DNA of 64,000 nt from Nitrosopumilus sp. (GTDB taxonomy: Archaea > Thermoproteota > Nitrososphaeria > Nitrososphaerales > Nitrosopumilaceae): contig OZ244732.1 of assembly GCA_965219345.1 (NCBI GenBank), positions 1,600,001 to 1,664,000 on the forward strand, given 5' to 3'. The position numbers were made by a program, and so were the translations under genes. Within the stretch, counting starts at the first letter, position 1. Each line of letters begins with the position of its first letter. Shown one piece after another: positions 1-9,800 of this stretch. A model generated the notes under the pieces. That model made no database searches and was not told the origin of the DNA. It saw nothing but the letters and a program-made list of their open reading frames with translations.

Positions 1-69
1 AAATATGTTTTGTACATCCAAATAATTTATGATCTTTGCATCCACATAATACACATTTTTTCTCATTTG

Positions 70-444
70 TCATATTTTTTCGATTAATTCTTCAACTTCT
101 TCCATCATTTTTCTGTTTTCTAACGCCTCTAAAATTTTTAATCTCATATTTTTTACTCTACTAAGATCATTTGAATATAAGGATGCCATCGTTTCAATTT
201 CTTTTTCAAAGTAATAGTTATCCAGATAATGTTGAAATTTAGATTTTAGTATACTAAAATCAGATGAAGCAATTTTATCAGTTTCAATTTTTTTTGATAC
301 AACTTTTAAGAACCCATTAATTTTCAACATCTCTTTTTTAATATTATTAAGATCCTCTTCTTTTTCTTCAATTTCTCTGAGTATGTTGTAAGAATCTAAT
401 ATCTGCTTTAGTATATTTTTTAGATATTCGTTATAAGTAACCAT
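70..444 (-). CDS. hypothetical protein
   Basis: 124-aa ORF with core-like AT-rich composition; no motif recognised. Confidence 0.7.
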   Translation of the reverse strand: MVTYNEYLKNILKQILDSYNILREIEEKEEDLNNIKKEMLKINGFLKVVSKKIETDKIASSDFSILKSKFQHYLDNYYFEKEIETMASLYSNDLSRVKNMRLKILEALENRKMMEEVEELIEKI

Positions 445-533
445 AATTATTTTCCAGATTAATCTAATCTAAAGTTTAGGAAAAATAGCTTGACTTGCAT
501 AAAATTTACACATTTGCTTTAAATTATCATTAA

Positions 534-1886
534 TTGTTTGAAATGACGATGCAAGGTGACGTTCATCTCAAATGTATTGATCCACATTGTGGTTTGGAAT
601 ACTCAACAGAAAGTACAAATGTACAATGTGAAAAAGGCCACTTGTTAGATGTCAAATATAAAAATAATCCCTCGGATAACTTAAAGGAAGTATTTTACAA
701 AAGGCGAAATTCGCAAGGAAATATTTTCGATGAGAGTGGAGTTTGGAGATTTAGAGAATTACTAAATTTTTGTCAGATAGATACTGAAAATATCGAAGAG
801 TGTTCAAAATATTTGGTATCACTTGATGGAGCAGAAGGAAGACAGTCAAAACCATATCAGATGTCAAAAGCTGCAAAATTCATAGAAATCTCAAATGAAA
901 ATTTGTGGTTACAACCTGAAGGATACAATCCAAGTGGCTCTTTCAAAGATAATGGGATGGCTACAGCTGTAACACACGCAAAAATGATTGGTGCAAAAAA
1001 AATTGTTTGTGCATCTACTGGTAATACATCAGCTTCTGCCGGAATGTTTGCTGCTAATGAAGGAATAGACTGTGATGTCTATATTCCAGCAGGGCAAATT
1101 GCACCGGGAAAACTTAGTCAAGCGTATCAATTTGGAGCTCAAATTGTGCAAGTTGATGGGAATTTTGATGATGCATTAAAACAATCATTAGAAGATGTAC
1201 AAAACCATGATGGATATACAGTAAACTCAATTAATCCGTTTAGAATAGAAGGACAAAAAACAATTCCATTTAGAGCATTAGAATATCTTAATTGGGACGC
1301 CCCCGATTGGATTGTTTATCCAGGTGGAGCTTTAGGAAACACCTCAAGTTGTGGTAAAGCATTAATGGAATTGCATGAATGTGGATGGATTAAAAAAATT
1401 CCAAGAATTGCTGTCATAAATTCTGAAGGTGCAAGTACATTATCTGATTTGTATAATGGAAAATTTGAAGGAGAAGAATTAAGATGGAATAAAGGCAATC
1501 CTAACACTGAATTAATATCAAGATATTATGATCATCTAGATAAAGAAGGAATACGCCCTAAAACCAAAGCTACTGCAATCCAAATTGGCAGACCTACAAA
1601 TATTTTGAAAGGTTTGCGTGCACTGGAATTTACAAATGGTGTGGCAACAACAGTGTCAGACTCTGAAATGCTTGATGGGATGTCAGTTGTAGGTCTTAAT
1701 GGTTTTGACTGTGAGATGGCATCAGGGGCAACAGTTGTAGGAATTAAGAAATTAATCAGCGAAGGCATAATCAAAAAAGATGATGTAGTAGTTGGAATTC
1801 TTACAGGACGACAAAAAGATGCAATGCTACCGGTGGATTATCATAACAATTCTGAAAATAAATTTGCAAAACCACCAAAAAATTAG
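534..1886 (+). CDS. thrC: threonine synthase
   Basis: NPSGSFKD PLP-lysine motif, ASTGNTSAS, NSINPFRIEGQKT; true start may be a few codons downstream. Confidence 0.93.
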   Translation: MFEMTMQGDVHLKCIDPHCGLEYSTESTNVQCEKGHLLDVKYKNNPSDNLKEVFYKRRNSQGNIFDESGVWRFRELLNFCQIDTENIEECSKYLVSLDGAEGRQSKPYQMSKAAKFIEISNENLWLQPEGYNPSGSFKDNGMATAVTHAKMIGAKKIVCASTGNTSASAGMFAANEGIDCDVYIPAGQIAPGKLSQAYQFGAQIVQVDGNFDDALKQSLEDVQNHDGYTVNSINPFRIEGQKTIPFRALEYLNWDAPDWIVYPGGALGNTSSCGKALMELHECGWIKKIPRIAVINSEGASTLSDLYNGKFEGEELRWNKGNPNTELISRYYDHLDKEGIRPKTKATAIQIGRPTNILKGLRALEFTNGVATTVSDSEMLDGMSVVGLNGFDCEMASGATVVGIKKLISEGIIKKDDVVVGILTGRQKDAMLPVDYHNNSENKFAKPPKN

Positions 1887-2038
1887 GCTCATCTTTTAGG
1901 CTCAATTAATTTAGAATTGTTTTGATATCTCAAGAGTTAAATCTCAGTTTTGTAAAACCATTGTAACCAAAAGATGGTGCTAAAAAACTAAATGAGAAAT
2001 TTGTGTGTTTGTTCTAAGAAATTTTTTCGGGGAATATT

Positions 2039-3313
2039 ATGGTAGATTTATGGGTTGAAATTGCAGCCTTATGGGTTGAAATTGTAGCCTTAGCTGTACT
2101 CATTGGACTAGCTGGATTTTTTAGCGGTTTAGAAGTTGCATTGATAGGCATTAGAAAATCAAAAGTTATTCAACTTTTTCAGGAAGGAAAGAAAGGCTCA
2201 AAAGCATTACACAAATTAAAAACAAATCCAAGTTGGATGATGTCAAGTGTAAATCTTGGCAATAACCTTGTAAATGTAGGAGCTTCTGCCCTTGCAACAA
2301 GCTTAGCAATAAGACTATTTGGAAATGATGGATTAGGAATTGCAGTCGGCGTAATGACATTTTTGATTCTTGTATTTGGTGAAATTACTCCAAAGACATA
2401 CTGTAATGCAAATTCTACTAAAATTGCACTAAGATTTGCTCCTGTATTACTAGCATTTAGTTATGTGTTCTATCCAGTTGTGAAATTTTTTGAGATCATT
2501 ACAAGAGGAGTGGTAAAGTTAACCGGAAGCAGTTATGCACCTCCGCCAATTACTGAAGAAGACATCAAAGGAGTTATTGAACAAGGATTAGAAGAAAAAG
2601 CAATCGAGAAAGAAGAATTGGAGTTAGTTCATGGTGCTTTAGAATTTGATGATACAGTAATTCGTTCTGTAATGACTCCTAGGACAAAGATGTTTACACT
2701 TAATTCAAAAATGTTGCTTTTTGAGGCATTACCGGAAATTAATAAAAGCGGACATTCAAGAATTCCAATTTATGGTGACACAAAAGACGATATTGTTGGA
2801 TTTATTCATGCTAGAGATATTCTTAAAGAATTAGAGAAGGATAACAAGATGACAAGCCTAGAACAGATTGCAAGAAAACCTGTTTTTGCATCTCAAGAAA
2901 AGATGGTTAGTTCTCTGTTAAAAGAAATGCAGGGAAGAAGAACTCACATAGCAATTGTTGTTGATGAACATGGTGGTGTTGAAGGACTTGTCACTCTAGA
3001 AGACTTGGTAGAAGAGATTGTAGGTGAAATTGAAGATGAGACAGACCTACCTAAACCAATAGGATATGAAAGAATTGATCAAGATACAATAGTTACCAAT
3101 GAGGATATTGAGATTGATACTATTAACAAAATTTTCAAGACAAATATTCCAGATGGAAACGATTATGCATCACTTAATGGGTTACTTCATGAAAGACTCA
3201 AAGATATTCCACAAGAAGGAGACAAGATAGAACTAGAAGAACTTAGAATTATTGTTGAAAAAGTTTCAAAAAATATTCCTCAAAAAATTCGAATCGAAAG
3301 AATCAGAAACTAG
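2039..3313 (+). CDS. CNNM/HlyC/CorC family transporter (DUF21 + CBS pair + CorC domain)
   Basis: FFSGLEVAL, FGEITPK, VMTPR, HSRIPIY, VVDEHGG..GLVTLEDLVEEIVGEIEDE motifs. Confidence 0.93.
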   Translation: MVDLWVEIAALWVEIVALAVLIGLAGFFSGLEVALIGIRKSKVIQLFQEGKKGSKALHKLKTNPSWMMSSVNLGNNLVNVGASALATSLAIRLFGNDGLGIAVGVMTFLILVFGEITPKTYCNANSTKIALRFAPVLLAFSYVFYPVVKFFEIITRGVVKLTGSSYAPPPITEEDIKGVIEQGLEEKAIEKEELELVHGALEFDDTVIRSVMTPRTKMFTLNSKMLLFEALPEINKSGHSRIPIYGDTKDDIVGFIHARDILKELEKDNKMTSLEQIARKPVFASQEKMVSSLLKEMQGRRTHIAIVVDEHGGVEGLVTLEDLVEEIVGEIEDETDLPKPIGYERIDQDTIVTNEDIEIDTINKIFKTNIPDGNDYASLNGLLHERLKDIPQEGDKIELEELRIIVEKVSKNIPQKIRIERIRN

Positions 3314-4361
3314 TTTTTTTAGCAAAATGTTCTTGTAATTTTTGCTTTTTCTCTGTCATATGAAAAATTGATTCTGTATGTTTTAATGCTTCTTCATATG
3401 ATTTTTTAAATAGCATTGCTTGCATCAACATATGGTTTTCAGGAATTACAATTCCTGTTTGATCATCAGAATACATCATTTGAACTGTATCGCCTATCGA
3501 AGTTGTCATATTAGCATGAATGTGAACCATATTTGTGTCTGTAAAATTAAAGCCCATGTTTTGAGCATAATCTCTAACATCTTTGGTTCCATTTGCAGTC
3601 CATAAAGTAGCAACACCGGGTTCATTTGTAAAAATTTCATGAATTTCAGAAGACTTTGGTGCCAAATCTTTGAACCTAATATCCATTATATGTAAATGCA
3701 TTTGTCTTGTTGGAACTTTGATTGCTCTAACAAAAAGAGGGGCATCCTTTCCAAAATACATCTTAACATCATCACCATGATGGGGTTTTTCTGTCATCTC
3801 TATAGTGTCTGAAAGTTCCTTGTCAGTTTGTTCAATATCTGCCCATCTTCTAACAAGAGTCACATCAAAGCGAACTAATCTGTCGCCAAACTTATTACGT
3901 AACGGCTCTAGAATTCGTCCCATTCCAGTTACATTACAACTACCTTGCATTACATGACTTTTTCCTAATGCTTTGTCATAGTTTGCTCTAGAGTTAAACA
4001 GTAAATTAGAAACGGCTTCAGATCCCATAGCTGATTCTCCTCCTTGATAAATGGCTGGAATGTTTTTTGGTTCATATAGATTCTTTTTATTTTTGTATCC
4101 ATATCCTTCTGGAGCAGCATCAATTACCAAATCACAATCATCAAGTGCAGATTCTACACTTCCTGCAATTTTATAATCTGAAAAATCACCCAGTTTTTTT
4201 TCTGGTACATAGACATTCAGGCCTTTAGAATTAGCAAGTTCTACTTTATCATCAGGGGAATATTTGCCAACTCCAATAATTGTTATTTCAGGATCATCTT
4301 TAAGAAAAGAGGTGATTCTACTTCCAATTGAACCATATCCATTAACAAAAATCTTCTTCAT
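3303..4361 (-). CDS. gap: type II (archaeal) glyceraldehyde-3-phosphate dehydrogenase
   Basis: VNGYGSIG Rossmann motif, YQGGE, SCN catalytic Cys, VRR.AD, IVIPEN. Confidence 0.88.
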   Translation of the reverse strand: MKKIFVNGYGSIGSRITSFLKDDPEITIIGVGKYSPDDKVELANSKGLNVYVPEKKLGDFSDYKIAGSVESALDDCDLVIDAAPEGYGYKNKKNLYEPKNIPAIYQGGESAMGSEAVSNLLFNSRANYDKALGKSHVMQGSCNVTGMGRILEPLRNKFGDRLVRFDVTLVRRWADIEQTDKELSDTIEMTEKPHHGDDVKMYFGKDAPLFVRAIKVPTRQMHLHIMDIRFKDLAPKSSEIHEIFTNEPGVATLWTANGTKDVRDYAQNMGFNFTDTNMVHIHANMTTSIGDTVQMMYSDDQTGIVIPENHMLMQAMLFKKSYEEALKHTESIFHMTEKKQKLQEHFAKKTSF

Positions 4362-4452
4362 GAATAATCTATGACTGGCCCATTTATTTAGATTGAGCTG
4401 AGCATACTGGTATTATCAAGATCTTTTTTAAAAAACGTCTCATAGTAATATT

Positions 4453-4752
4453 ATGAGGTTTTTATCCAATTTTAGAAAAGACTTGCAAACTGAAAAAAGA
4501 AAAAAAGCTGCTCAGATTAACGGCAAGAATCTCAAAGGATTATTAAAAAAATTCAAAGAAGAAAGAGACAGGATAGAAAAAGAGACTGGAAACAGGCCTG
4601 AAATCGATAATACTACACAGATGTTTATGCAAAAAATCCTAAACGTATGGATTTCCGAAGGAAAAGAAATTGATGAAGAGAAGTTCTGGGCAGAAGTTGA
4701 TTATAATAGGCAGTTTACCCATCCAGTTGAATTTTATGAGATAAAACGCTAG
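4453..4752 (+). CDS. hypothetical protein
   Basis: 99-aa ORF, core-like composition. Confidence 0.65.
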   Translation: MRFLSNFRKDLQTEKRKKAAQINGKNLKGLLKKFKEERDRIEKETGNRPEIDNTTQMFMQKILNVWISEGKEIDEEKFWAEVDYNRQFTHPVEFYEIKR

Positions 4753-4767
4753 CTTAATCCTAATTTA

Positions 4768-4986
4768 TTATGACAAATTTGCAACAAATTGATAAATTAC
4801 TACAGTACCTATTATTATCCCAATCACACTTCCAATAATCACCACATATTTTTTGAGCGCTTCACTTTTTTCAAATTTAATATTGGCTATCCGTTTTGCC
4901 TCTGAGTGATGTCTTTCGCAACGAAGTTTACCTTCATATTCCCGAATTCCCTTTTCATCACATTCATCACATTTTCGATCATCCAT
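4768..4986 (-). CDS. small membrane protein with N-terminal CxxC...CxxH
   Basis: CDEC..CERH plus C-terminal hydrophobic helix. Confidence 0.5.
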   Translation of the reverse strand: MDDRKCDECDEKGIREYEGKLRCERHHSEAKRIANIKFEKSEALKKYVVIIGSVIGIIIGTVVIYQFVANLS

Positions 4987-5220
4987 AATGATATTTTGAA
5001 TTTCACCAATGTTTAAAATTTCTGATTAACTTACGATCAACTCTAAATAATGTCCAAAAATAGACTAATTAGATTAGTTTGGAATAATTTTACTCAAAAA
5101 AATAGACTGGAAGGAAAGTTTTGATGACTGATTTACATATAATAACAAAATAGGCATTAATTATAACAAAAATTGGACGAAAATTTACTTAGTATCAAAT
5201 TAGAAGAAGTAATGAACAAC

Positions 5221-5890
5221 TCATCTCAAAACCCTACAATACATCAAAAATGATGCAATGTTGACAAATGCCAGATAGTTTTCTGCGATTCTTTCATATC
5301 GAATTCTTGTTCTGTGAAAGCCATTCTTCAGCCAGTCAAAGAACCGCTCCACTACAAACCTGGTCTTGTTGTAATTGCCTTGCAGATTATTTTTCAGTGC
5401 CAGTTTAGAATTATTCCTGTAGGGGATACAGCAACCAATTCCATGACATCTGAGATAATTTCTAATGTATGCGGCATCGTAACCCTTGTCAGCATAGCAT
5501 GTTACAACTTGCTGAATCATGGAATCATCACCTGCAAAATCTGAGATTGATTCTATCACGTCAATGAATTTTGTGGAATCATGCTCGTTTGCGGAACTGA
5601 TTACAATGGATATCGGCAAGCCGTTTTGTTCTACCGCAACATGCAGTTTTGTGCCTAGAATCTTCTTAAATCCGTCATATCCTAGTTTGTTGCCACTTCT
5701 TCTTTACCGTGAATGGATGAAGAGTCAACTGATATCTTTTGCAGATTGATCTTATCTTGCCTGTGTGCTGATTGAATCGCACATCTGAAAACCTTCTTCC
5801 AAATCCCTTTTTGTTGCCAGGAGTTTAATCTTCTGCTTGCGGTAGAATCATCGCCGTATTGTCTTGGCATCTCACCCCATCAGCATCCTT
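5221..5890 (-). mobile_element. IS5-family transposase remnant (two frames, 5' end lost)
   Basis: GC*WGEMPRQYG, ISVDSS, GYDGFKKILGTKLHVAV, YADKGYD and RFVVERFF.WLK motifs split over two frames; fused upstream to an IS110 fragment. Confidence 0.88.
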
Positions 5891-6015
5891 TCTGCAAACT
5901 CACGGGCGCCGTCTTCGGTGTTGGGGTACTGCCCCCTCTCGAGAACTCTTCCCCTGCCGTCCACTATGCAGTAGTCGCACTTTCTCTTTGCAATGTCTAT
6001 TCCTATGCTGTTCAT
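5872..6015 (-). pseudogene. IS110-family recombinase N-terminal fragment (47 aa, absent from ORF track)
   Basis: Hand translation MNSIGIDIAKRKCDYCIVDGRGRVLERGQYPNTEDGAREFAERM: GIDIAK first-Asp motif of the DEDD RuvC domain; preceded by an AGGAGGTGA Shine-Dalgarno. Confidence 0.82.
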
Positions 6016-6039
6016 CCTATCCTATCACCTCCTTTCGGA

Positions 6040-6166
6040 TGTGTTGACGGATCGGAAGCTGCAAGCACCCATCATGGCGCGAAGCCCAATTACACAGCAG
6101 CTCGGATTGCCCCATTCATAACTGAGGGCGCGAAGCCCAAACGAAATAAGGGGTCGATCCATCACA
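6040..6166 (-). ncRNA. candidate IS110 bridge RNA, copy 1 (transcribed strand uncertain)
   Basis: Outer stem enclosing two stem-loops, each with a large internal loop and a GGC-TTCGC-GCC apical hairpin. Confidence 0.6.
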
Positions 6167-6192
6167 GCTACTGCGCAGGGGTGGTTATCATG

Positions 6193-6284
6193 GTATGAGG
6201 TCACGTCCCCCTTGCAGATAGGCACGGAAACGCTTTGAACCGTTCGAATTTACGCCTATCATGAAGGTACAGGTGACCTCATAC
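6193..6284. mobile_element. 92-bp MITE
   Basis: Perfect 12-bp TIR GTATGAGGTCAC/GTGACCTCATAC; 8-bp TSD TTATCATG at 6185-6192 and 6285-6292; empty site present in the other IS110 end. Confidence 0.9.
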
Positions 6285-6442
6285 TTATCATGTGTTCATA
6301 ACTGAATAAAGAGATAATCCAATATACTTGCAGGCGTCGCGCATTACAATGCATTCTGGCATGTCAGATTCAGGCGTTAGAAGATCCTCATCTACCTAGC
6401 TTACCAAAGTTTATACCGTCATTGATGCCAAGTTAGCTACTC

Positions 6443-7357
6443 TTGGGTTATGATGATCTTTATCCACTTGATTTATCAAAATGCTTCAAGGACTGGCTTT
6501 ATCGGCATTCCCGCCTACGCGCGTTTTACGTGGATATAGTGTACAGGCAGACCGCGTTTCGGAGGATCACCGCGCCACTGAGGGCGATGCCGGATTTTGT
6601 CATCATAGGCGCGCAAAAGTCTGGGACGACTTCGCTGTATGATTATATCACAAGTCACCCCTCAGTGGCGCGCGCGCGCTATAAGGAGGTGCATTATTTT
6701 TCCCTGCGGCACAAGTATGGCAAGCTGTGGTACCGTTCCAACTTCCAGACCAACTTCTCGCGGCGCCGCTTTTACGAGAAGACAGGGCAAAAGCTCCTCA
6801 GCGGGGAGGCCAGCCCGTACTATCTCTTCCACCCTGCAGTCCCGGACAGGATGAAGGCTGTCCTGCCAGATGTGAAGCTCATCGTGATCTTGCGCAACCC
6901 CGTTGACCGCGCATACTCCCACTACCACCACACATCAAGGAAGAACCAAGAACCGTTGTCGTTTGAGGAGGCCATCAGGGCAGAGGAGGCGCGGTGCACG
7001 GGGGAGAGGGAGCGACTGCTCAGGGATCCGGACTTTGTCCCCCTACACTACCGCAACCACTCGTACCTTTCCAGAGGCGTCTACGCCGACCAGCTGGAAA
7101 ACTGGTTCAAGTACTATGGCAGGGAACAGTTCTTGATCCTGGCCACTGAAGACCTCCGCAAGGATCCGCAGCGTACACTGGACCGCGTCTTTGACTTTCT
7201 GGGGGCAACTCCATTACGTGTCGGCGGCTTGAGGGATCGCAATGTTGGAGACTATAAGGAGATGGGCAAGGAGACGCGCAAATTCCTGATCGAGTACTTT
7301 AGGCCATACAACCAGAGGCTGTACAAGATGCTGCATCGCAGCTTTGATTGGAACTAG
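6443..7357 (+). CDS. PAPS-dependent sulfotransferase (heparan sulfate 3-O-ST-like family)
   Basis: IIGAQKSGTTSLY 5'-PSB and LRNPVDRAYS 3'-PB motifs; GC-rich. Confidence 0.92.
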   Translation: MGYDDLYPLDLSKCFKDWLYRHSRLRAFYVDIVYRQTAFRRITAPLRAMPDFVIIGAQKSGTTSLYDYITSHPSVARARYKEVHYFSLRHKYGKLWYRSNFQTNFSRRRFYEKTGQKLLSGEASPYYLFHPAVPDRMKAVLPDVKLIVILRNPVDRAYSHYHHTSRKNQEPLSFEEAIRAEEARCTGERERLLRDPDFVPLHYRNHSYLSRGVYADQLENWFKYYGREQFLILATEDLRKDPQRTLDRVFDFLGATPLRVGGLRDRNVGDYKEMGKETRKFLIEYFRPYNQRLYKMLHRSFDWN

Positions 7358-7638
7358 CGTGGTGGCGTAGTTTCCGTGGCTCATAATTAATCACAAAAAC
7401 GCCAACAATTACCAACCAAACGATCTAGATCACAGCAGGACTCACATACACACACACACTGCATGAGAATCGAATATTCAGCGATACCGGCAGGGGACAA
7501 GTTCCTGCCGGGCACGAGCAGGGCGTACCTACGCAGGTCATCTTCCGTTCTGGCGGTGCCAGAACCGGCAGACTCATCCATCTCATCTTCTGGATTCTTG
7601 GATCCTTGCACATATGATTACTAATCTCTTATACACGC

Positions 7639-8502
7639 TCAAGATATTATCGCTGATTCCACATAGATGGCAGTGTCCGTGTTCCTTAGTAGCGAGCGTT
7701 TCATGCCTAGTCGGCCAAGAACTTTCTCTTTCTGATACCTTTTGTTCCACGAGGCCACTTGGTCGTCCTTGCATTCAACTCCGGAGGACAGATATCCTTT
7801 GATGTAGTGCAAATTCCATCTTCTGATTGTTACAAGTATTACGAACCATAGTGAGAACCCCCTTTGTTTGAACAATTTGCCACGCCGTTCTATCGTCTGC
7901 CTGTTGTAGTTGGTGCCAATATTTCGTTTGAACTGCATAGGTATGTCGGTGTATACTGCAGATCGAAACCCTGTGAGGGAGGCATGTGTGATAAGGGATG
8001 CGCCGTTCAGGTGGGAGGTTCTAGAGGGGTGTTGGAATTTTTTCAACCATTTGACGTCAACTATCGCGCCGGATTCGCCCACAAGTATGAGCTTGTCTTG
8101 TAGGTCTTGGCCGCACGCTATGACCACCCCGTCACGGCGCATCCTTTTTGTGATTTCGCCAATATACGAATTGGAAAGGACTGTGTCTCCATCTACGCAT
8201 ATTACGTAGTCAGTCCCCCCCCCCACGATTGCCTCGTTGAAGAGACTTTGCCGTAGTTCGAAAAAACGTCCAGACAGATAATCGTGTGGATAAGGGTCGT
8301 GGTGGGTGATTTCGATTCCACTTATAGAATCAAGTATTTCCTTTGTGCCGTCGGTGGATCCGTCATTGGCTACCAATATACGTGAGGCGGGAGGATCCTG
8401 CGCTTTTATGGCATCAATTACGCTCCGTATGTGGTTCTCTTCGTTTCGGATCACAAGAAATGCATTCCACGTGTAACTACCTGACTGCATTTTACTACAC
8501 AT
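7639..8502 (-). CDS. glycosyltransferase family 2 (GT-A)
   Basis: RNEE, ANDGSTDGT and VDGD (DxD) motifs. Confidence 0.85.
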   Translation of the reverse strand: MCSKMQSGSYTWNAFLVIRNEENHIRSVIDAIKAQDPPASRILVANDGSTDGTKEILDSISGIEITHHDPYPHDYLSGRFFELRQSLFNEAIVGGGTDYVICVDGDTVLSNSYIGEITKRMRRDGVVIACGQDLQDKLILVGESGAIVDVKWLKKFQHPSRTSHLNGASLITHASLTGFRSAVYTDIPMQFKRNIGTNYNRQTIERRGKLFKQRGFSLWFVILVTIRRWNLHYIKGYLSSGVECKDDQVASWNKRYQKEKVLGRLGMKRSLLRNTDTAIYVESAIIS

Positions 8503-8717
8503 AAGATGCTGTCAACAGTTAAATATTTTATGCAAAGACTGAGGTTGGTGCGTAATTCTAGTCTATCCCGTTCACACACATCTCCCGCCATGTCTTCACC
8601 GACGGATTTTCCGGGTGTGTCAGGCCTTCAGCTGCCTTGTACACATCGTTTCCCAGTAGATGGACCCGTCTAGGCGCATGCCGCGCGTGCTAGGTCGCCA
8701 TAGGTCGGTATCGGTAT

Positions 8718-8756
8718 CCGGAGCTCAATCCAGTCGAGATCCAGTGGCGCGGGGAG
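8718..8756 (+). mobile_element. tiny IS630-like transposase relic
   Basis: Translates PELNPVEIQWR, matching the IS630 SPELNPIE..W catalytic-Glu motif; no intact ORF. Confidence 0.45.
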
Positions 8757-8841
8757 TTTACATCCTTTCACTGTATACCAACCGTTAACGCGCAAGAATC
8801 GATCATCATGATCAGTGATAAGCATAGGACTTATCGGATGT

Positions 8842-9765
8842 TTATCTATCCCAATCAAAACTGCATCGTAGCAGTTTGGATAGTCTCTTGTTGTGAGGTT
8901 TAAAGTACTCGATTAGGAATTTGCGCGTCTCTTCGCTCATCTTCTCATAGTTTCCAATGTTAAGGGATTTCGTTTTTTCTACTTGAAAAGAAGGCACTCC
9001 CAAGAAATCAAAGACTTTATCTAGCGTCTGCTGTCGATTTTCACGAAGATCTTCTGCAGTCAAAATCAAAAACTTTTCTCTGCCATAGTACTTGAACCAG
9101 TTTTCCAGCTGATCGACGTAAATGCCATTGGCAAGGCACAAATTAGTAGAATCTCTGTTGTGAATATAATCTGGATCTGTTATCATACGTTTCCTTTCTC
9201 TGACGCGCTGTTCTTCTTCCAACTTGATGACTTTCTCAAATGAGATTGATTCTCTATTCAATCTCAATAACATATGATAGTGAGAGTACGCCCGATCAAC
9301 TGGATTGCGCAAAATCACGATCAGTTTTACGTCAGGCAAGAGCGCTTTCATCCTGCTTGGGGCGGCCTGCCAAAAAAGGTAGTTTGGACTAGCTTCTCCA
9401 CTGAGGAGTTTTTTCTTTGTTTTTTTGTAGAAATAGTACCTTTGTATCTTGGTTGGAAAATTAGAACGGTACCACAGTTTGCCAAATCTATATCCAGTAG
9501 AAAAATATTTTAGCTCTTTTGCAGGTGTGGGAACAATATCTGGATGTTTAACAATAAAATCATACAACGATGTGGTTCCGGATTTCTGAGCGCCGATAAT
9601 AACAAAATCAGGCAATTCCCTTAAGGGCGAGGTAATTATTTGAAACCTACCCGAGTTGCGCGCTTTCGGGTCCGTACCTATCCTTGGGTTATAGAATACG
9701 TGCAAAAGAGGGTGCCGATGCAACCACTTACTTGCATTCTCCCTGAGATATCCCAATATTGACAC
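8842..9765 (-). CDS. PAPS-dependent sulfotransferase, paralog of 6443-7357
   Basis: Same GAQKSGTTSLY and LRNPVDRAYS motifs; C-terminus FDWDR vs FDWN. Confidence 0.92.
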   Translation of the reverse strand: MSILGYLRENASKWLHRHPLLHVFYNPRIGTDPKARNSGRFQIITSPLRELPDFVIIGAQKSGTTSLYDFIVKHPDIVPTPAKELKYFSTGYRFGKLWYRSNFPTKIQRYYFYKKTKKKLLSGEASPNYLFWQAAPSRMKALLPDVKLIVILRNPVDRAYSHYHMLLRLNRESISFEKVIKLEEEQRVRERKRMITDPDYIHNRDSTNLCLANGIYVDQLENWFKYYGREKFLILTAEDLRENRQQTLDKVFDFLGVPSFQVEKTKSLNIGNYEKMSEETRKFLIEYFKPHNKRLSKLLRCSFDWDR

Positions 9766-9800
9766 TAATCAATCGATGTTATTTGTATGTCGCGCGTACG

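Larger units (their letters stand above)
5997..6305 (-). mobile_element. IS110 non-coding end, copy 1 (interrupted by a MITE)
   Basis: Inverted copy of 9801-10010 (about 4 substitutions and a 1-bp indel); lies directly upstream of the IS110 ATG. Confidence 0.85.

Noticed and set aside
6025-6225. Paralogous 66-68-aa ORFs (also 9776-9982)
   Set aside because: Incidental frames across the IS110 non-coding end; the SD-led ATG is in another frame
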